Shown here in pieces: positions 20,456 through 29,548 of a DNA stretch of 64,000 bases. Source of the stretch: a bacterium (lineage in GTDB: Bacteria > Patescibacteriota > Patescibacteriia > 2-12-FULL-60-25); the NCBI GenBank assembly GCA_021796435.1, contig JAJYXM010000016.1, forward strand, positions 310,625-374,624. Direction: 5' to 3'. A model generated the notes under the pieces. That model was not told where the DNA came from. It worked only from the letters and a program-made list of their open reading frames with translations, and ran no database searches. The translations under genes and the position numbers were made by a program. How positions within the stretch are numbered: position 1 is the first letter of the stretch; every line of letters begins with the position of its first letter.

Positions 20456-21133
20456 ATGCCATATTCACTGACAGCAAGCACACGCAACGCGACAGGAAGG
20501 CGTGCAAAGACGCTATTAGCCGACGGAAAGGTCCCGGCGGTCATGTACGGACACGGTTCCGAGGCTTCGAATTTGGAGCTGAATGCCGGAGAGTTCCGCC
20601 GCATCCTCAAGACAGCAGGTACTTCGTCTTTGATCGACCTCGAACTTGAAGGCAAGCCGTTGCAGAAAGTTTTGATAAAGGACGTGCAGGTAGAGCCGAT
20701 AACCATGGAACCTGTGCACGTGGATCTGTATCAGATCCGCATGGACGAAGAGCTCGAAGTCGAGGTGCCGATCAAACTGGTCGGAGAATCCCCGGCGGTC
20801 AAAGGCCTGGGCGGTACGTTGGTCCAGAGCTTGGACGAAGTCACGGTCAAATGTCTTCCGGGCGATCTGCCGCATGAGATCGAGATAAACTTGGATAAGC
20901 TGGTCACTTTCGAGGATTCCATCGCCGTCAGCGATATCGTGGTCCCGAAGGGCGTAACCATTATGGATGATCCCAACGGCACCATCGCGACGGTCGAAGC
21001 TCCGTTGACCGAGGAACAGCAGAAGAAACTTGAAGAAGGCGAGACGGCCGACGTCAGCGCAATCAAGACCGAAGCCGAAGAGAAGAAGGCTGCGGAGGAA
21101 GCTAAGGCAGCTGAAGAAGCAAAAACCGAATAA
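20456..21133 (+). CDS. rplY: 50S ribosomal protein L25 / general stress protein Ctc
   Basis: L25/Ctc beta-barrel N-domain plus an acidic/Ala-Lys C-terminal tail. Start taken at MPYSL. Confidence 0.85.
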   Translation: MPYSLTASTRNATGRRAKTLLADGKVPAVMYGHGSEASNLELNAGEFRRILKTAGTSSLIDLELEGKPLQKVLIKDVQVEPITMEPVHVDLYQIRMDEELEVEVPIKLVGESPAVKGLGGTLVQSLDEVTVKCLPGDLPHEIEINLDKLVTFEDSIAVSDIVVPKGVTIMDDPNGTIATVEAPLTEEQQKKLEEGETADVSAIKTEAEEKKAAEEAKAAEEAKTE

Positions 21134-21192
21134 GTCCAAGACTTCCATTTTTGGCGCATTACTTTGTCGAAATCTCCGTTTTTCGTTCGTCG

Positions 21193-21212
21193 CCTGCCTG
21201 CCGGCAGGCAGG
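21193..21212. repeat. Perfect 20-nt palindrome cctgcctgccggcaggcagg
   Basis: Exact inverted repeat about 60 nt downstream of rplY with no adjacent T-tract. Confidence 0.5.
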
Positions 21213-21377
21213 TACGCTCAAGTACGTCTCACGAAAATACTCGATTTCTTCGCGTACTGCATCCATAAATGGAAGTCTTTTGTTCAAGCTAGACAGTTTC
21301 GGCATGACTGGTCGAAGAAATGAAATCTAGACCCTTTTAGTTTGGCGCGTTAGGGTTATAATGGGTAATACAACAAC

Positions 21378-22523
21378 ATGGACGAGAACTCACGCAAAAT
21401 AAAGATCCCGATCGAGGTCTTCCTGAAACGCTCCTGGCCCATATTGGCGCTGGGCGCTGTCTTATTGGTCTTCGCCATCAGCGCCTTGGTCTGGTTCGCG
21501 GTCTCGGGCAAGGGCAGACGGACTGCATCGGCGACCTCCACCTCCACAGCGGAAGAGGTCATCGAGATGACGACCACGACGGGTGACCTGATACCGCGTT
21601 CCTTGGACGGCGTCTTGGTGACGCCGGAGGAATCGCGCCTGCAGCCGTTCGCCGTGATGGTCGAGAACCATGTCGATGCCCGTCCCATGTTGGGACCGGC
21701 TAAGGCGAACCTGGCTTTCGAGATCCCGGTCGAAGGGGGGATAACGCGTTATCTGCTGCTGTTCGATGCCACGTCGACTGTCGATGCCATCGGTCCGGTA
21801 CGGAGCGCGCGGCCGTATTTCGTGGATATCGCTGACGCCTTCAACGCGGTTTATGCGCATGTGGGCGGCAGTCCTGACGCGTTGACCAAAGCCGGTGCCC
21901 TCTCCGGTTTCAGGAACCTGGATGAATTCTCCAGCGGAAAATATTTTTGGCGTTCGACCAAACGTGCGGCGCCGCACAACGTATATACCCGCATGGATCT
22001 GTTGCAGTCGGCGGCGGACGCCAAGAAATGGTCAACCGGGCACTTCACAGCTTGGCATTATAAGGACGATCTTCAGGCGGAGTCGACGACAGGGTCAGTA
22101 CGCGGAAGCAGCGACGGACCGACTCTTAAATACGGCGGTTCATATAACGTGGCGTGGAAGTACGATAGGCAGAAGAACGTGTATGTCAGATACGAGGCTG
22201 GAGCGATCCAGAAGGATCAGGATGGAGAAGCTGTGACGGCCCACAACGTGATAGTCATGTCTACGGACGGGTCGGTCTTGGACGATGTCGGCAGGTTGCA
22301 GATCCGCACGACAGGCAAGGGATCGGCGACGTTGTATCGCGACGGTAAAGCGGAAAAGATAGTGTGGCGACGCGCGACGGGCGAGAATTTCAGATGGGAG
22401 ACGGTCGATGGCTCTGACGTGATGTTGAACCGCGGAACTACTTGGGTGGAGGTGACGTTGGATCAGAAAGTCTTCGCGACCGACTCGACCTCGGATACGA
22501 CCGCGACGACTACGACCCAGTAG
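21378..22523 (+). CDS. DUF3048-like (YerB-like) membrane-anchored protein
   Basis: N-terminal TM; AFEIPVEGGITRYLLLF resembles the DUF3048 signature. Confidence 0.5.
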   Translation: MDENSRKIKIPIEVFLKRSWPILALGAVLLVFAISALVWFAVSGKGRRTASATSTSTAEEVIEMTTTTGDLIPRSLDGVLVTPEESRLQPFAVMVENHVDARPMLGPAKANLAFEIPVEGGITRYLLLFDATSTVDAIGPVRSARPYFVDIADAFNAVYAHVGGSPDALTKAGALSGFRNLDEFSSGKYFWRSTKRAAPHNVYTRMDLLQSAADAKKWSTGHFTAWHYKDDLQAESTTGSVRGSSDGPTLKYGGSYNVAWKYDRQKNVYVRYEAGAIQKDQDGEAVTAHNVIVMSTDGSVLDDVGRLQIRTTGKGSATLYRDGKAEKIVWRRATGENFRWETVDGSDVMLNRGTTWVEVTLDQKVFATDSTSDTTATTTTQ

Positions 22524-22877
22524 ATGGGGCGGCTTTTTATGTTGCATGAAATGAGGTTGCATCCGGGGCCTTTCGCAGCAGTCAGGTCGGGCAAGAAGAC
22601 TATCGAAGCCAGGTTATTCGACGGAAAGAGAAAGAAGATAAAGTTAGGCGATGAGATAATTTTTTGGAGTAGAGGGGATGCGAGACGGTCCATTCGCGTC
22701 AAAGTTGTAGGACTTTTGAGATATCCGACTTTTTCCGCCCTGTTCACTGACTTTAGACCGGTGGTTTTCGGCGGCAAGAGCACCAAGGCCCTCGAGAAAC
22801 AAGCCTCTGATTTTTATACCAAGGAGGAAGAAAAGAAGCTTGGCGTCGTGGGGATAAGGATCGCATTGATGGAGTGA
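22524..22877 (+). CDS. ASCH-domain protein
   Basis: TIEARLFDGKR..I..GDEIIFW pattern of the ASCH domain; 117 aa. Confidence 0.5.
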   Translation: MGRLFMLHEMRLHPGPFAAVRSGKKTIEARLFDGKRKKIKLGDEIIFWSRGDARRSIRVKVVGLLRYPTFSALFTDFRPVVFGGKSTKALEKQASDFYTKEEEKKLGVVGIRIALME

Positions 22878-22920
22878 AAAGAAGGTTTGATTGCCACGCA
22901 TACCTCTCTTGGGTTAAGAT

Positions 22921-24240
22921 TTGCTTATGACTAAAAACAAAAAAGAACGTTCATATCTGGTGACCGGCGGCAAACCGCTAAAAGGGACAGTGAGGGTAGC
23001 GGGTGCTAAGAATGCCGCCACCAAAGAGTTGGTCGCCGCTTTGTTGACCGACGAAAAAGTAGTCTTGTCGAACGTACCTGATATCGGTGATGTGGCCGTG
23101 ACGATCGAGATGCTTGAGGATCTGGGCGTAAAGATAAGCCGTAAAGCAGATCAGGTGACCTTGGATGCGAGCAAGCTGAAGAACTCGCGCGTGTCTGAAG
23201 CGTTCAGCGGCAAGAATCGTATACCCATCTTGTTCCTGGGTCCCTTGCTGCATCGTTTCGGCGAAGCAGCGATCCCATCCTTGGGCGGCTGCAGCATCGG
23301 CGGCCGTACTGTCGACTTCCATGTCGAGGCTCTGCAGAAGATGGGCGCCGTGATTTCTTGCGAGGGGAATACTTACATGGCGCGGACGGCTGGATTGAAA
23401 GGCGCAGTCATCGAATTGCCGTATCCTTCCGTCGGAGCCACGGAGAACGTGATCTTGGCTGCCGTATTGGCTAAGGGCACGACCATCATCAAGAATGCGG
23501 CCATCGAACCGGAGATAAAGGATTTGGCCATGCTGCTGCAATCGATGGGCGCCATAATCAATCTTGAGGCGAACCGTACGTGGATAATCGAAGGCGTGGA
23601 GAAATTGGGCGGCGCGAACCATCGCGTAATCCCGGATCGCATCGAGGCCGCATCTTTCGCCGTGGCTGCTGCTTTGACCGGAGGAGATGTTTTGATCGAG
23701 GAGGCAAGCCAAGGCTCGTTGCTGTCTTTCCTGAATGCGATGCGTAAAGTCGGCGTGCCGTATGAGATCACCGAGAAAGGCGTGCGTTTCATGGGCGCGA
23801 AAAAACTCAAACCCATCGTCATCGAGACGGATGTCCATCCGGGATTCATGACCGACTGGCAACAGCCTTTCGTGATGTTGCTGACGCAGGCGGATGGCGT
23901 CTCCATCGTACATGAGACTGTATACGAGAACCGTTTCGGCTATACCGATGCGTTAAGGCAGATGGGAGCGAACATCCAATTGCATAGCGAGTGTCTCGGT
24001 TCGAAACCTTGCCGTTACCAACATCGCGATTATCGGCATAGCGCAGTCATCGTCGGACCGACGCCGCTCAAGGCCGCGGATATCCGCATACCCGATCTGC
24101 GTGCCGGTTTCAGTTATCTGATCGCAGCGCTTGTCGCACAGGGAAAATCACGCATCACCGGCGTCGAGATAATCGAACGCGGATACGAAGACATCATCGG
24201 GAAGCTCAAGAAGCTGGGGGCAAAGATCGAGGTGGAGTAG
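22921..24240 (+). CDS. murA: UDP-N-acetylglucosamine 1-carboxyvinyltransferase
   Basis: EPSP-synthase-fold MurA similarity throughout (VAGAKNAATKELVAALL...). Confidence 0.9.
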   Translation: MLMTKNKKERSYLVTGGKPLKGTVRVAGAKNAATKELVAALLTDEKVVLSNVPDIGDVAVTIEMLEDLGVKISRKADQVTLDASKLKNSRVSEAFSGKNRIPILFLGPLLHRFGEAAIPSLGGCSIGGRTVDFHVEALQKMGAVISCEGNTYMARTAGLKGAVIELPYPSVGATENVILAAVLAKGTTIIKNAAIEPEIKDLAMLLQSMGAIINLEANRTWIIEGVEKLGGANHRVIPDRIEAASFAVAAALTGGDVLIEEASQGSLLSFLNAMRKVGVPYEITEKGVRFMGAKKLKPIVIETDVHPGFMTDWQQPFVMLLTQADGVSIVHETVYENRFGYTDALRQMGANIQLHSECLGSKPCRYQHRDYRHSAVIVGPTPLKAADIRIPDLRAGFSYLIAALVAQGKSRITGVEIIERGYEDIIGKLKKLGAKIEVE

Positions 24241-26515
24241 AGCGACGGCTAATTTTTTCGGTCCGCAGTTTGCCGCGAGATGAGGTGATCGTCTGGTCCA
24301 GATTCAATTGCTCCAGGAATTCGGTGTCGTGGCTGATGACGACGAAAGTCGTCTCGGGATGATTGATTTTTTCTTGGTTCAAGATCCGCGCGATGTCTTT
24401 TTTAGTCGCTGCATCGACCGAGGCCGTCGGTTCATCCAGATAGACGACGCGCGATTTTTCCGTGCGGATCTTAAGCAGCGTGCGGGCTAACCCGATACGC
24501 GAAGTCTCGCCACCTGAAGTACCGCTTTGGTCGCCGCGTCCGCTCGTCAATTTTTCCTGCAGATTAGGGAAGCGTTGCGTCAATCCGACTTCCTGCAGGA
24601 TAGCCTTGAGTTCTTCCTCCGGCACATCTCCTTTGACTCCGAAGAGCAGGTTGTCTTTGATGCTGCCGTCGAAGATGTAAGGGAATTGAGAAAGATAGGC
24701 GATCTTGCGGTAGATGGCATCAGGGCCGGATTTTTTTATGTCTTGGACGGGCACAGGAGAATCGAGCATTTTTCCAGAATCATCAGGCGTCTCACGAGTG
24801 CCGAAAAACGCCTGACCTTTCGTCGGTGTGTAATAACCTGACATGATCTTGAGCAATGTGCTTTTGCCGCCACCTGATTGCCCTTGGATACTGCAGAAGG
24901 AACCGCCCGGGATGCGCGCAGAAGCACGGTCGAGGATTTTTCGGTCTCTATATTGCACCGTGATGTCATCGAGGACGATGTCATTGCCCTGTACTTCATC
25001 CATGCCGACGCGTTCGAGCTCGCGTCCTTTCTCTTCCTTGGCGTGTCCGTTGAACATGAGCTCCATCTCCATGATGCTGCGCAGGTCGCGTTGCAGCCTA
25101 CGTTTCATATCCAACATGGTCCGCATGCCTTCGGAGAAATTCCCCGAATACACCAAGGCAGCGACAAAGCCGCTCGAGCCACCGTTAGTCAGATAGGTGA
25201 CGATGGCTGCGGTGAACGCATTGAAGACACCGAAGAAGCGGGAGATGTTGTCCTGGACCATCTGCAGGACGTTCTCTTGTGCATCGGCAGAGCGTGCTTC
25301 ACGCATGAGTTTCTCCAGGCGTTCCTGCAGCTGGTCCTTTTCGCCGGATAAGACGGTCTCCAGATGGGCGCTCATCTGTTCGCTCAAGGCATGCGAGAGC
25401 TCCTCGGCGCGTCTTTCGACGTCTTTGCGTTTTTTCCAGAATTTTCCCCTTTTCTGCAGCTGGCGGTCGAGCATCAACATAAGTCCGGCTCCGGCAATCG
25501 TGCCGACGGCCAGTTTGGGATCCTTGTATGACAATACCGCAATGCTGGTGAGAAGGGTCGTGATGGTGGGCAAAAGGTTATAGCTCACATTGCGCATGAC
25601 CGACTCGTAGCCCTGTTGTGCATTACCGGCGCGACGTCGGATGGCGTCTTCGCCGAATTCGCGGATACTGCCACCCGGAAAATAGGCGAAATTCTCGGCC
25701 ATGTATTCGTTGAATCCGCCTTCCTTGGATACGTTGCCTTGCATGAATTTCTCGAACCAGGCGTTGATGCCGATGGTCGCTCCTGTGCTCATGATTTCGG
25801 ACAGCCCATATAGCCCGATATGCGTGATGTCGACGTCAGAACCTTTGAAGGCGTCGGCCAAAAGAGCCGGGGCTATGCCGCGCAACAGAGCGGGGATCAT
25901 CAACGCCACCGAGAGCGCGAGATATTTACCGCGTTCACCACCGAGGTAGCGCCGGAACAACTCGTTAGTATGCTTGATCGTCTGAATTTTGTGTAAAGGC
26001 AGGCTTTGGAGATCCTCGATGTCGCAGAGCGTGATCAAATCCTTTATTTCTTCCTCAGTGAAGCCTGCTTTGCCGTATTTTTCCTGTAAACGGCCGAGCA
26101 GCAGCTTTTGCGGGAATTCTTTCTCCACGAATTCTTGACGTTCTTCCTCCGAATAAAAATTGCGTTTGCCGATCTCCGTCTCGTGAATGATCTCTTGCTT
26201 GGTTTCGCGCAGCGTGTCGCGGAAGACGTGGGCATTTTCCGCTTCGCGGAATGCGTCGAAGTAGCGCGTCAGAGTCTCGGTTAATTCGGCTTCCTGGTCG
26301 GGCGGCAAGACGGCTCCTTCGCCTTTGAAGTGCGCGATGTCATGCGCCAAGTTACGGATTCGTCCGGCGTCTTCAGTCGAAAGTTCAGAAACATAACTTT
26401 CTGTTTTGGAACGTGCGGTGATCCCGCGGCGGATGTCGAGCGTCTGTTGCAGAAGCTCTTTGGGCATCTTTTCCGTACCGAAGTATTCCAGCAGTATCTG
26501 TTTGGCGTCATCCAA
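24206..26515 (-). CDS. ABC exporter, fused permease/ATPase with about 200-aa N-terminal cytoplasmic extension
   Basis: Walker A GQSGGGKST, signature SGGETSRIGLARTL, Walker B VVYLDEPTASVD and a type I exporter TMD. The 3' end overlaps murA by 35 nt (convergent). Confidence 0.8.
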   Translation of the reverse strand: MDDAKQILLEYFGTEKMPKELLQQTLDIRRGITARSKTESYVSELSTEDAGRIRNLAHDIAHFKGEGAVLPPDQEAELTETLTRYFDAFREAENAHVFRDTLRETKQEIIHETEIGKRNFYSEEERQEFVEKEFPQKLLLGRLQEKYGKAGFTEEEIKDLITLCDIEDLQSLPLHKIQTIKHTNELFRRYLGGERGKYLALSVALMIPALLRGIAPALLADAFKGSDVDITHIGLYGLSEIMSTGATIGINAWFEKFMQGNVSKEGGFNEYMAENFAYFPGGSIREFGEDAIRRRAGNAQQGYESVMRNVSYNLLPTITTLLTSIAVLSYKDPKLAVGTIAGAGLMLMLDRQLQKRGKFWKKRKDVERRAEELSHALSEQMSAHLETVLSGEKDQLQERLEKLMREARSADAQENVLQMVQDNISRFFGVFNAFTAAIVTYLTNGGSSGFVAALVYSGNFSEGMRTMLDMKRRLQRDLRSIMEMELMFNGHAKEEKGRELERVGMDEVQGNDIVLDDITVQYRDRKILDRASARIPGGSFCSIQGQSGGGKSTLLKIMSGYYTPTKGQAFFGTRETPDDSGKMLDSPVPVQDIKKSGPDAIYRKIAYLSQFPYIFDGSIKDNLLFGVKGDVPEEELKAILQEVGLTQRFPNLQEKLTSGRGDQSGTSGGETSRIGLARTLLKIRTEKSRVVYLDEPTASVDAATKKDIARILNQEKINHPETTFVVISHDTEFLEQLNLDQTITSSRGKLRTEKISRRSTPPRSLPPAS

Positions 26516-26663
26516 AAAAAAGCTGCCTTTCCTGTGCGGCGGCTTTTTTATCCCGCGAAAATTCTTGTTTGCGCGGGCTTGGCGTCTCTTGAGTGGGAGC
26601 GAAGGGATGGGAAAAAGACTCGGCCATATGGACGTAAGAATAACATGAAAAATGCCTCTTAGC

Positions 26664-27641
26664 TCATCGGCTATTCTCGAACATGATCGAAAGCAATCGG
26701 TCCCTTTTCGCCAGGTCTTTCTTGATCTCGATCAGAGCTGAAGGGAATAGGGTCTTGGCGAGTTTTTTCAGCTCTTTGGCCTGAGGCGGATCGAACTCAA
26801 GATAAATCGAGATGTGCTTGAACGGCAGTCGGTTCTTGTGGAATGCGATCTGATCCAAAAGTTTGATGATCAGCTCAAGACCTTCGCGGCCAGTGAAGAG
26901 CGCTTTTGATGGTTCGTATCTGACGACATCGGGATCAAGGATTTTTTTGTCTGACAAAGGAAGATAGGGGAGATTGGCGGCGATGATGAGTGAACCGAAT
27001 TTCCTTGAAAGGGATTTAAGCCTCTTCAGCATCTTGGCATCAAGAAGGCTGGCTTGGACGAATGATACGTCGTCAGCTTTCAGACGTCGTGCGTTACGAC
27101 GAGCCACTTTGAGCGCGGCGGGTGACGAGTCTGTCGCGATGACGGTCGCCTCCCGTAATTCCTTAGCGAGGGTTATGGCTATGGCGCCGGATCCAGTGCC
27201 GATGTCACAGACAAGTAATCCCTCCTTTCCTCCCCTTAGCTTAAGGGGAGGTCGGGTGGGGTTATGGTTCGCAAGAATGGAATCGATCATCAGCTCCGTC
27301 TCCGGTCGTGGGATCAGTACGTCTGGCGTGACGATGAAGTCGCGGCCGTAGAATTCCTTTTCGCCTAGGATATAGGCGATGGGTTCGTGTTTGAGGCGAC
27401 GGGAGACGAGTCTGGAAAATAGATGATAGATGATAGAGGGTAGAGGGTAGAGGGGGTGGGCGAGGAGGAAAACGCGGTCGCGATTCAGGACGTGGGACAG
27501 CAGGATTTCCGCCTCAAGGCGTCCGAGGTTTTTTTCTTCGGCGCACATGATTCGTTTGGGCTGCAGCTTGGTCGCTGCTTCTTTGATGGCTTCAGCTGTG
27601 GTCATGAGTCGTAGGATGAGGTAAGTAGCGTCCCGAGTCAA
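26664..27641 (-). CDS. prmC: Release-factor glutamine N5-methyltransferase PrmC/HemK
   Basis: DIGTGSGAIAI SAM motif and NLPY (NPPY variant). Contains a roughly 12-aa insertion encoded by a DNA palindrome. Confidence 0.8.
   Translation of the reverse strand: MTRDATYLILRLMTTAEAIKEAATKLQPKRIMCAEEKNLGRLEAEILLSHVLNRDRVFLLAHPLYPLPSIIYHLFSRLVSRRLKHEPIAYILGEKEFYGRDFIVTPDVLIPRPETELMIDSILANHNPTRPPLKLRGGKEGLLVCDIGTGSGAIAITLAKELREATVIATDSSPAALKVARRNARRLKADDVSFVQASLLDAKMLKRLKSLSRKFGSLIIAANLPYLPLSDKKILDPDVVRYEPSKALFTGREGLELIIKLLDQIAFHKNRLPFKHISIYLEFDPPQAKELKKLAKTLFPSALIEIKKDLAKRDRLLSIMFENSR
27229..27251. repeat. 10-bp-arm palindrome inside the prmC coding sequence
   Basis: cctcccctta-gct-taaggggagg encodes part of an insertion (NPTRPPLKLRGGKEG) that is absent from canonical HemK. 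Confidence 0.5.
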
Positions 27642-27671
27642 ACCAAAACCCGCCTTGCGGCGGGTTTTATC

Positions 27672-28428
27672 TTAAGGCATCGGAGGTGCCGGCATGGGAC
27701 GCATCATCTGGTTCGGGCGCGGACGTCTGTGCACGGGTGCTTCCCAAGGCCGAATTTCTTCGGCGAAGAAAGAATCCTCATCCAGCATGTGGCCGATGAT
27801 CTTTACGGGCGTGCCTGTGGCATCGCCGATCATCGGAGGCCAGAACGCATTCTCATCCACTACGGTCCAGGTGTTGCCGTCCCAGTCCATGATCAGGAAG
27901 TTGGGTCCGATCGGCGCTTGGATGATCTCGCCGGAGAGCAAGCCGACATCCGGCCGCGACCAGATGGCGCGTTTTTGCGCCAGAGAGCTGGGGAAGCTCG
28001 GCATGCTCAAATCCAGATAGTTGTCGATCGTCGCACCCATCCCGCCGAAGTGGAAGGCGAGGCCCAGGAGCAAGGAGAGCAGCAGGTTGGATCCGATGAT
28101 GTAGATCGGACGGATGCGATAACCGCGATCGGTATGCTTGAAATCGAAGTAGGCTGCGACAAAGAGGATTGCCAGCAAGGCGATCCAGAAGAAAGGCAGG
28201 ACCGTGAATACGGTATCCAGGAAAGTCAGACGCAGACGCGGCAGGAGGCTCCATTCACGGTCGCTCAAGAAGTAGATCGTGCTGGCCGTGGCCAATCCGC
28301 CGAGCAGGATGGAGAAGAAATAGACGAGCCAGAGCGAGGCGCGTTTGAGCAAAAATAACCACCGGCCACGCGGCGTGAGCCGCTTGGTCTCGAGTTCCTG
28401 TAGGACTTTTTCGCTGATGTCTGCCATA
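27672..28428 (-). CDS. Multi-pass membrane protein; candidate anti-sigma factor
   Basis: Start (MADISEK) lies immediately downstream of the ECF sigma gene. Has 3-4 TM segments and a Pro/Met-rich C-terminus. Confidence 0.4.
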
Positions 28429-28431
28429 TGT

Positions 28432-29049
28432 TTAGAATTCCAGGTTGAGTTTCCGTGCTTCCTGCTTGAATTTCCCTTTGGCGCGGCGGAGCAGGGTACC
28501 GATGGTGCCGAGCGGTTTGCGCAACACATCCGAGATCTCGTTATAGTCCAGACCTTCGAGATATTTCAGGATCAGAACTTCGCGGTATTTATCGTCCATC
28601 TTGCCCAAGACGCGATGCAGGTTGGCGACAAGTTCGTGCGTCTCGGCGGTTTTCTTGATGTCGAGGTCTGATGCCAGGTTAAGGAACGCATCGTCTTCGA
28701 GTTCAGCTGATTGGGGACGTGCTTTGACTTTGCGGAAGTGACTCATCGTTTCGTTGTGCGCTATGCGGTAGATCCAGGACGAGAATTTGAGTTTGCGGTC
28801 AAAACCGTTGAGGTTGAGATAGGTCTTGAGGAAGATCTCCTGCAGGATATCCTCGGCGTCCTCTAAAGAGGCGCTGGAGATGCGTCGGATGTAGCGCAAA
28901 AGACGTTCCTCATAACGGCGCATCAAGGGGAGGAAATGCTCTTTATCCTGCAAAGCCAGGGCAACCAGCTCCGTGTCGCTCAGTTCGGAATAGTCCTGCA
29001 TAGGTACAACTCTAACATAAATACGTGAAAAATCACGTTTTTCTTTCAA
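28432..29049 (-). CDS. RNA polymerase sigma factor, ECF (sigma-70 region 2/4) family
   Basis: Region 2 (EDILQEIFLKTYLNLNGF...FSSWIYRIAHN) and region 4 (YREVLILKYLEGLDYNEISDVLRKPLGTIGTLLRRAK). The track start is TTG; an internal ATG (MQDYSEL) near 29001 is an alternative. Confidence 0.8.
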   Translation of the reverse strand: MKEKRDFSRIYVRVVPMQDYSELSDTELVALALQDKEHFLPLMRRYEERLLRYIRRISSASLEDAEDILQEIFLKTYLNLNGFDRKLKFSSWIYRIAHNETMSHFRKVKARPQSAELEDDAFLNLASDLDIKKTAETHELVANLHRVLGKMDDKYREVLILKYLEGLDYNEISDVLRKPLGTIGTLLRRAKGKFKQEARKLNLEF

Positions 29050-29135
29050 AATGCCCGTAAATAATGACTTGATTTAAATGTTTTTATTGGTTAATATCCA
29101 CCCACCTTCGCCGAAGCTGCGATCGGCAGGTCCAC

Positions 29136-29217
29136 GTTCCGGACGTTTAGCTTCACCCTGCGCAAAAGCTACGGGTGACAGGACGCCGAACGTAATCAGT
29201 TCAGGACGTTTAGCTCA
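29136..29217 (+). repeat. Duplicated tRNA-Val 5' end with flank (gttcCggacgtttagctTca at 29136-29155 versus gttcAggacgtttagctca at 29199-29217)
   Basis: About 19/20-nt direct repeat; the upstream copy is not followed by the rest of a tRNA. Confidence 0.6.
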
Positions 29218-29280
29218 GTTGGTTAGAGCGTTCGATTCACATTCGAAAGGTCGCAGGTTCGAATCCTGCAACGTCCACCA
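29204..29280 (+). tRNA. tRNA-Val (anticodon CAC), CCA encoded
   Basis: Hand-folded cloverleaf: acceptor ggacgtt/aacgtcc, D-stem gctc/gagc, anticodon stem ttcga/tcgaa with loop ttCACat, T-stem gcagg/cctgc with T-loop ttcgaat, then a-cca. Confidence 0.9.
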
Positions 29281-29499
29281 GGCAAGATGCACGGTCAAAA
29301 GCCGTGCGTTTTGATTTTAAGAAGCGCGGGTAAGAATTCAGTTGCAGGATGAGGACGGGAAGGGGGTCGGGGAAACGGGAGTTTCCCCTTGGCGGAAGTG
29401 TTGAAACCGCTGGGTTTCAAAGAGACCGGAGGTCGATGTGAGATTCCTGCAACGTCCACCAGCAAGATGCACGGTCAAAAGCCGTGCGTTTTGATTTTT
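29262..29499 (+). repeat. Direct repeat (about 57 nt, 2 differences) comprising the last about 19 nt of tRNA-Val plus its terminator, duplicated 181 nt downstream (29262-29318 and 29443-29499)
   Basis: aatcctgcaacgtccaccaggcaagatgcacggtcaaaagccgtgcgttttgatttt versus attcctgcaacgtccaccagcaagatgcacggtcaaaagccgtgcgttttgattttt. Confidence 0.7.
29287..29318 (+). terminator. Rho-independent terminator after tRNA-Val
   Basis: gcacgg-tcaaaag-ccgtgc followed by gttttgatttt. Confidence 0.7.
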
Positions 29500-29548
29500 G
29501 TCGTAAACGTTTAACGGACCGCGAGGGCGGTCCGTTGGGAGAGGGGGT

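Noticed and set aside
29136-29499. Integrated prophage or ICE at tRNA-Val
   Set aside because: att-like repeats are present, but only about 120 nt lie between them and no integrase, excisionase or phage genes are in the vicinity. Reported as a scar or hotspot only.
29443-29499. Second tRNA gene
   Set aside because: Only the last about 19 nt of tRNA-Val are duplicated. The upstream sequence does not fold into D, anticodon or T arms.
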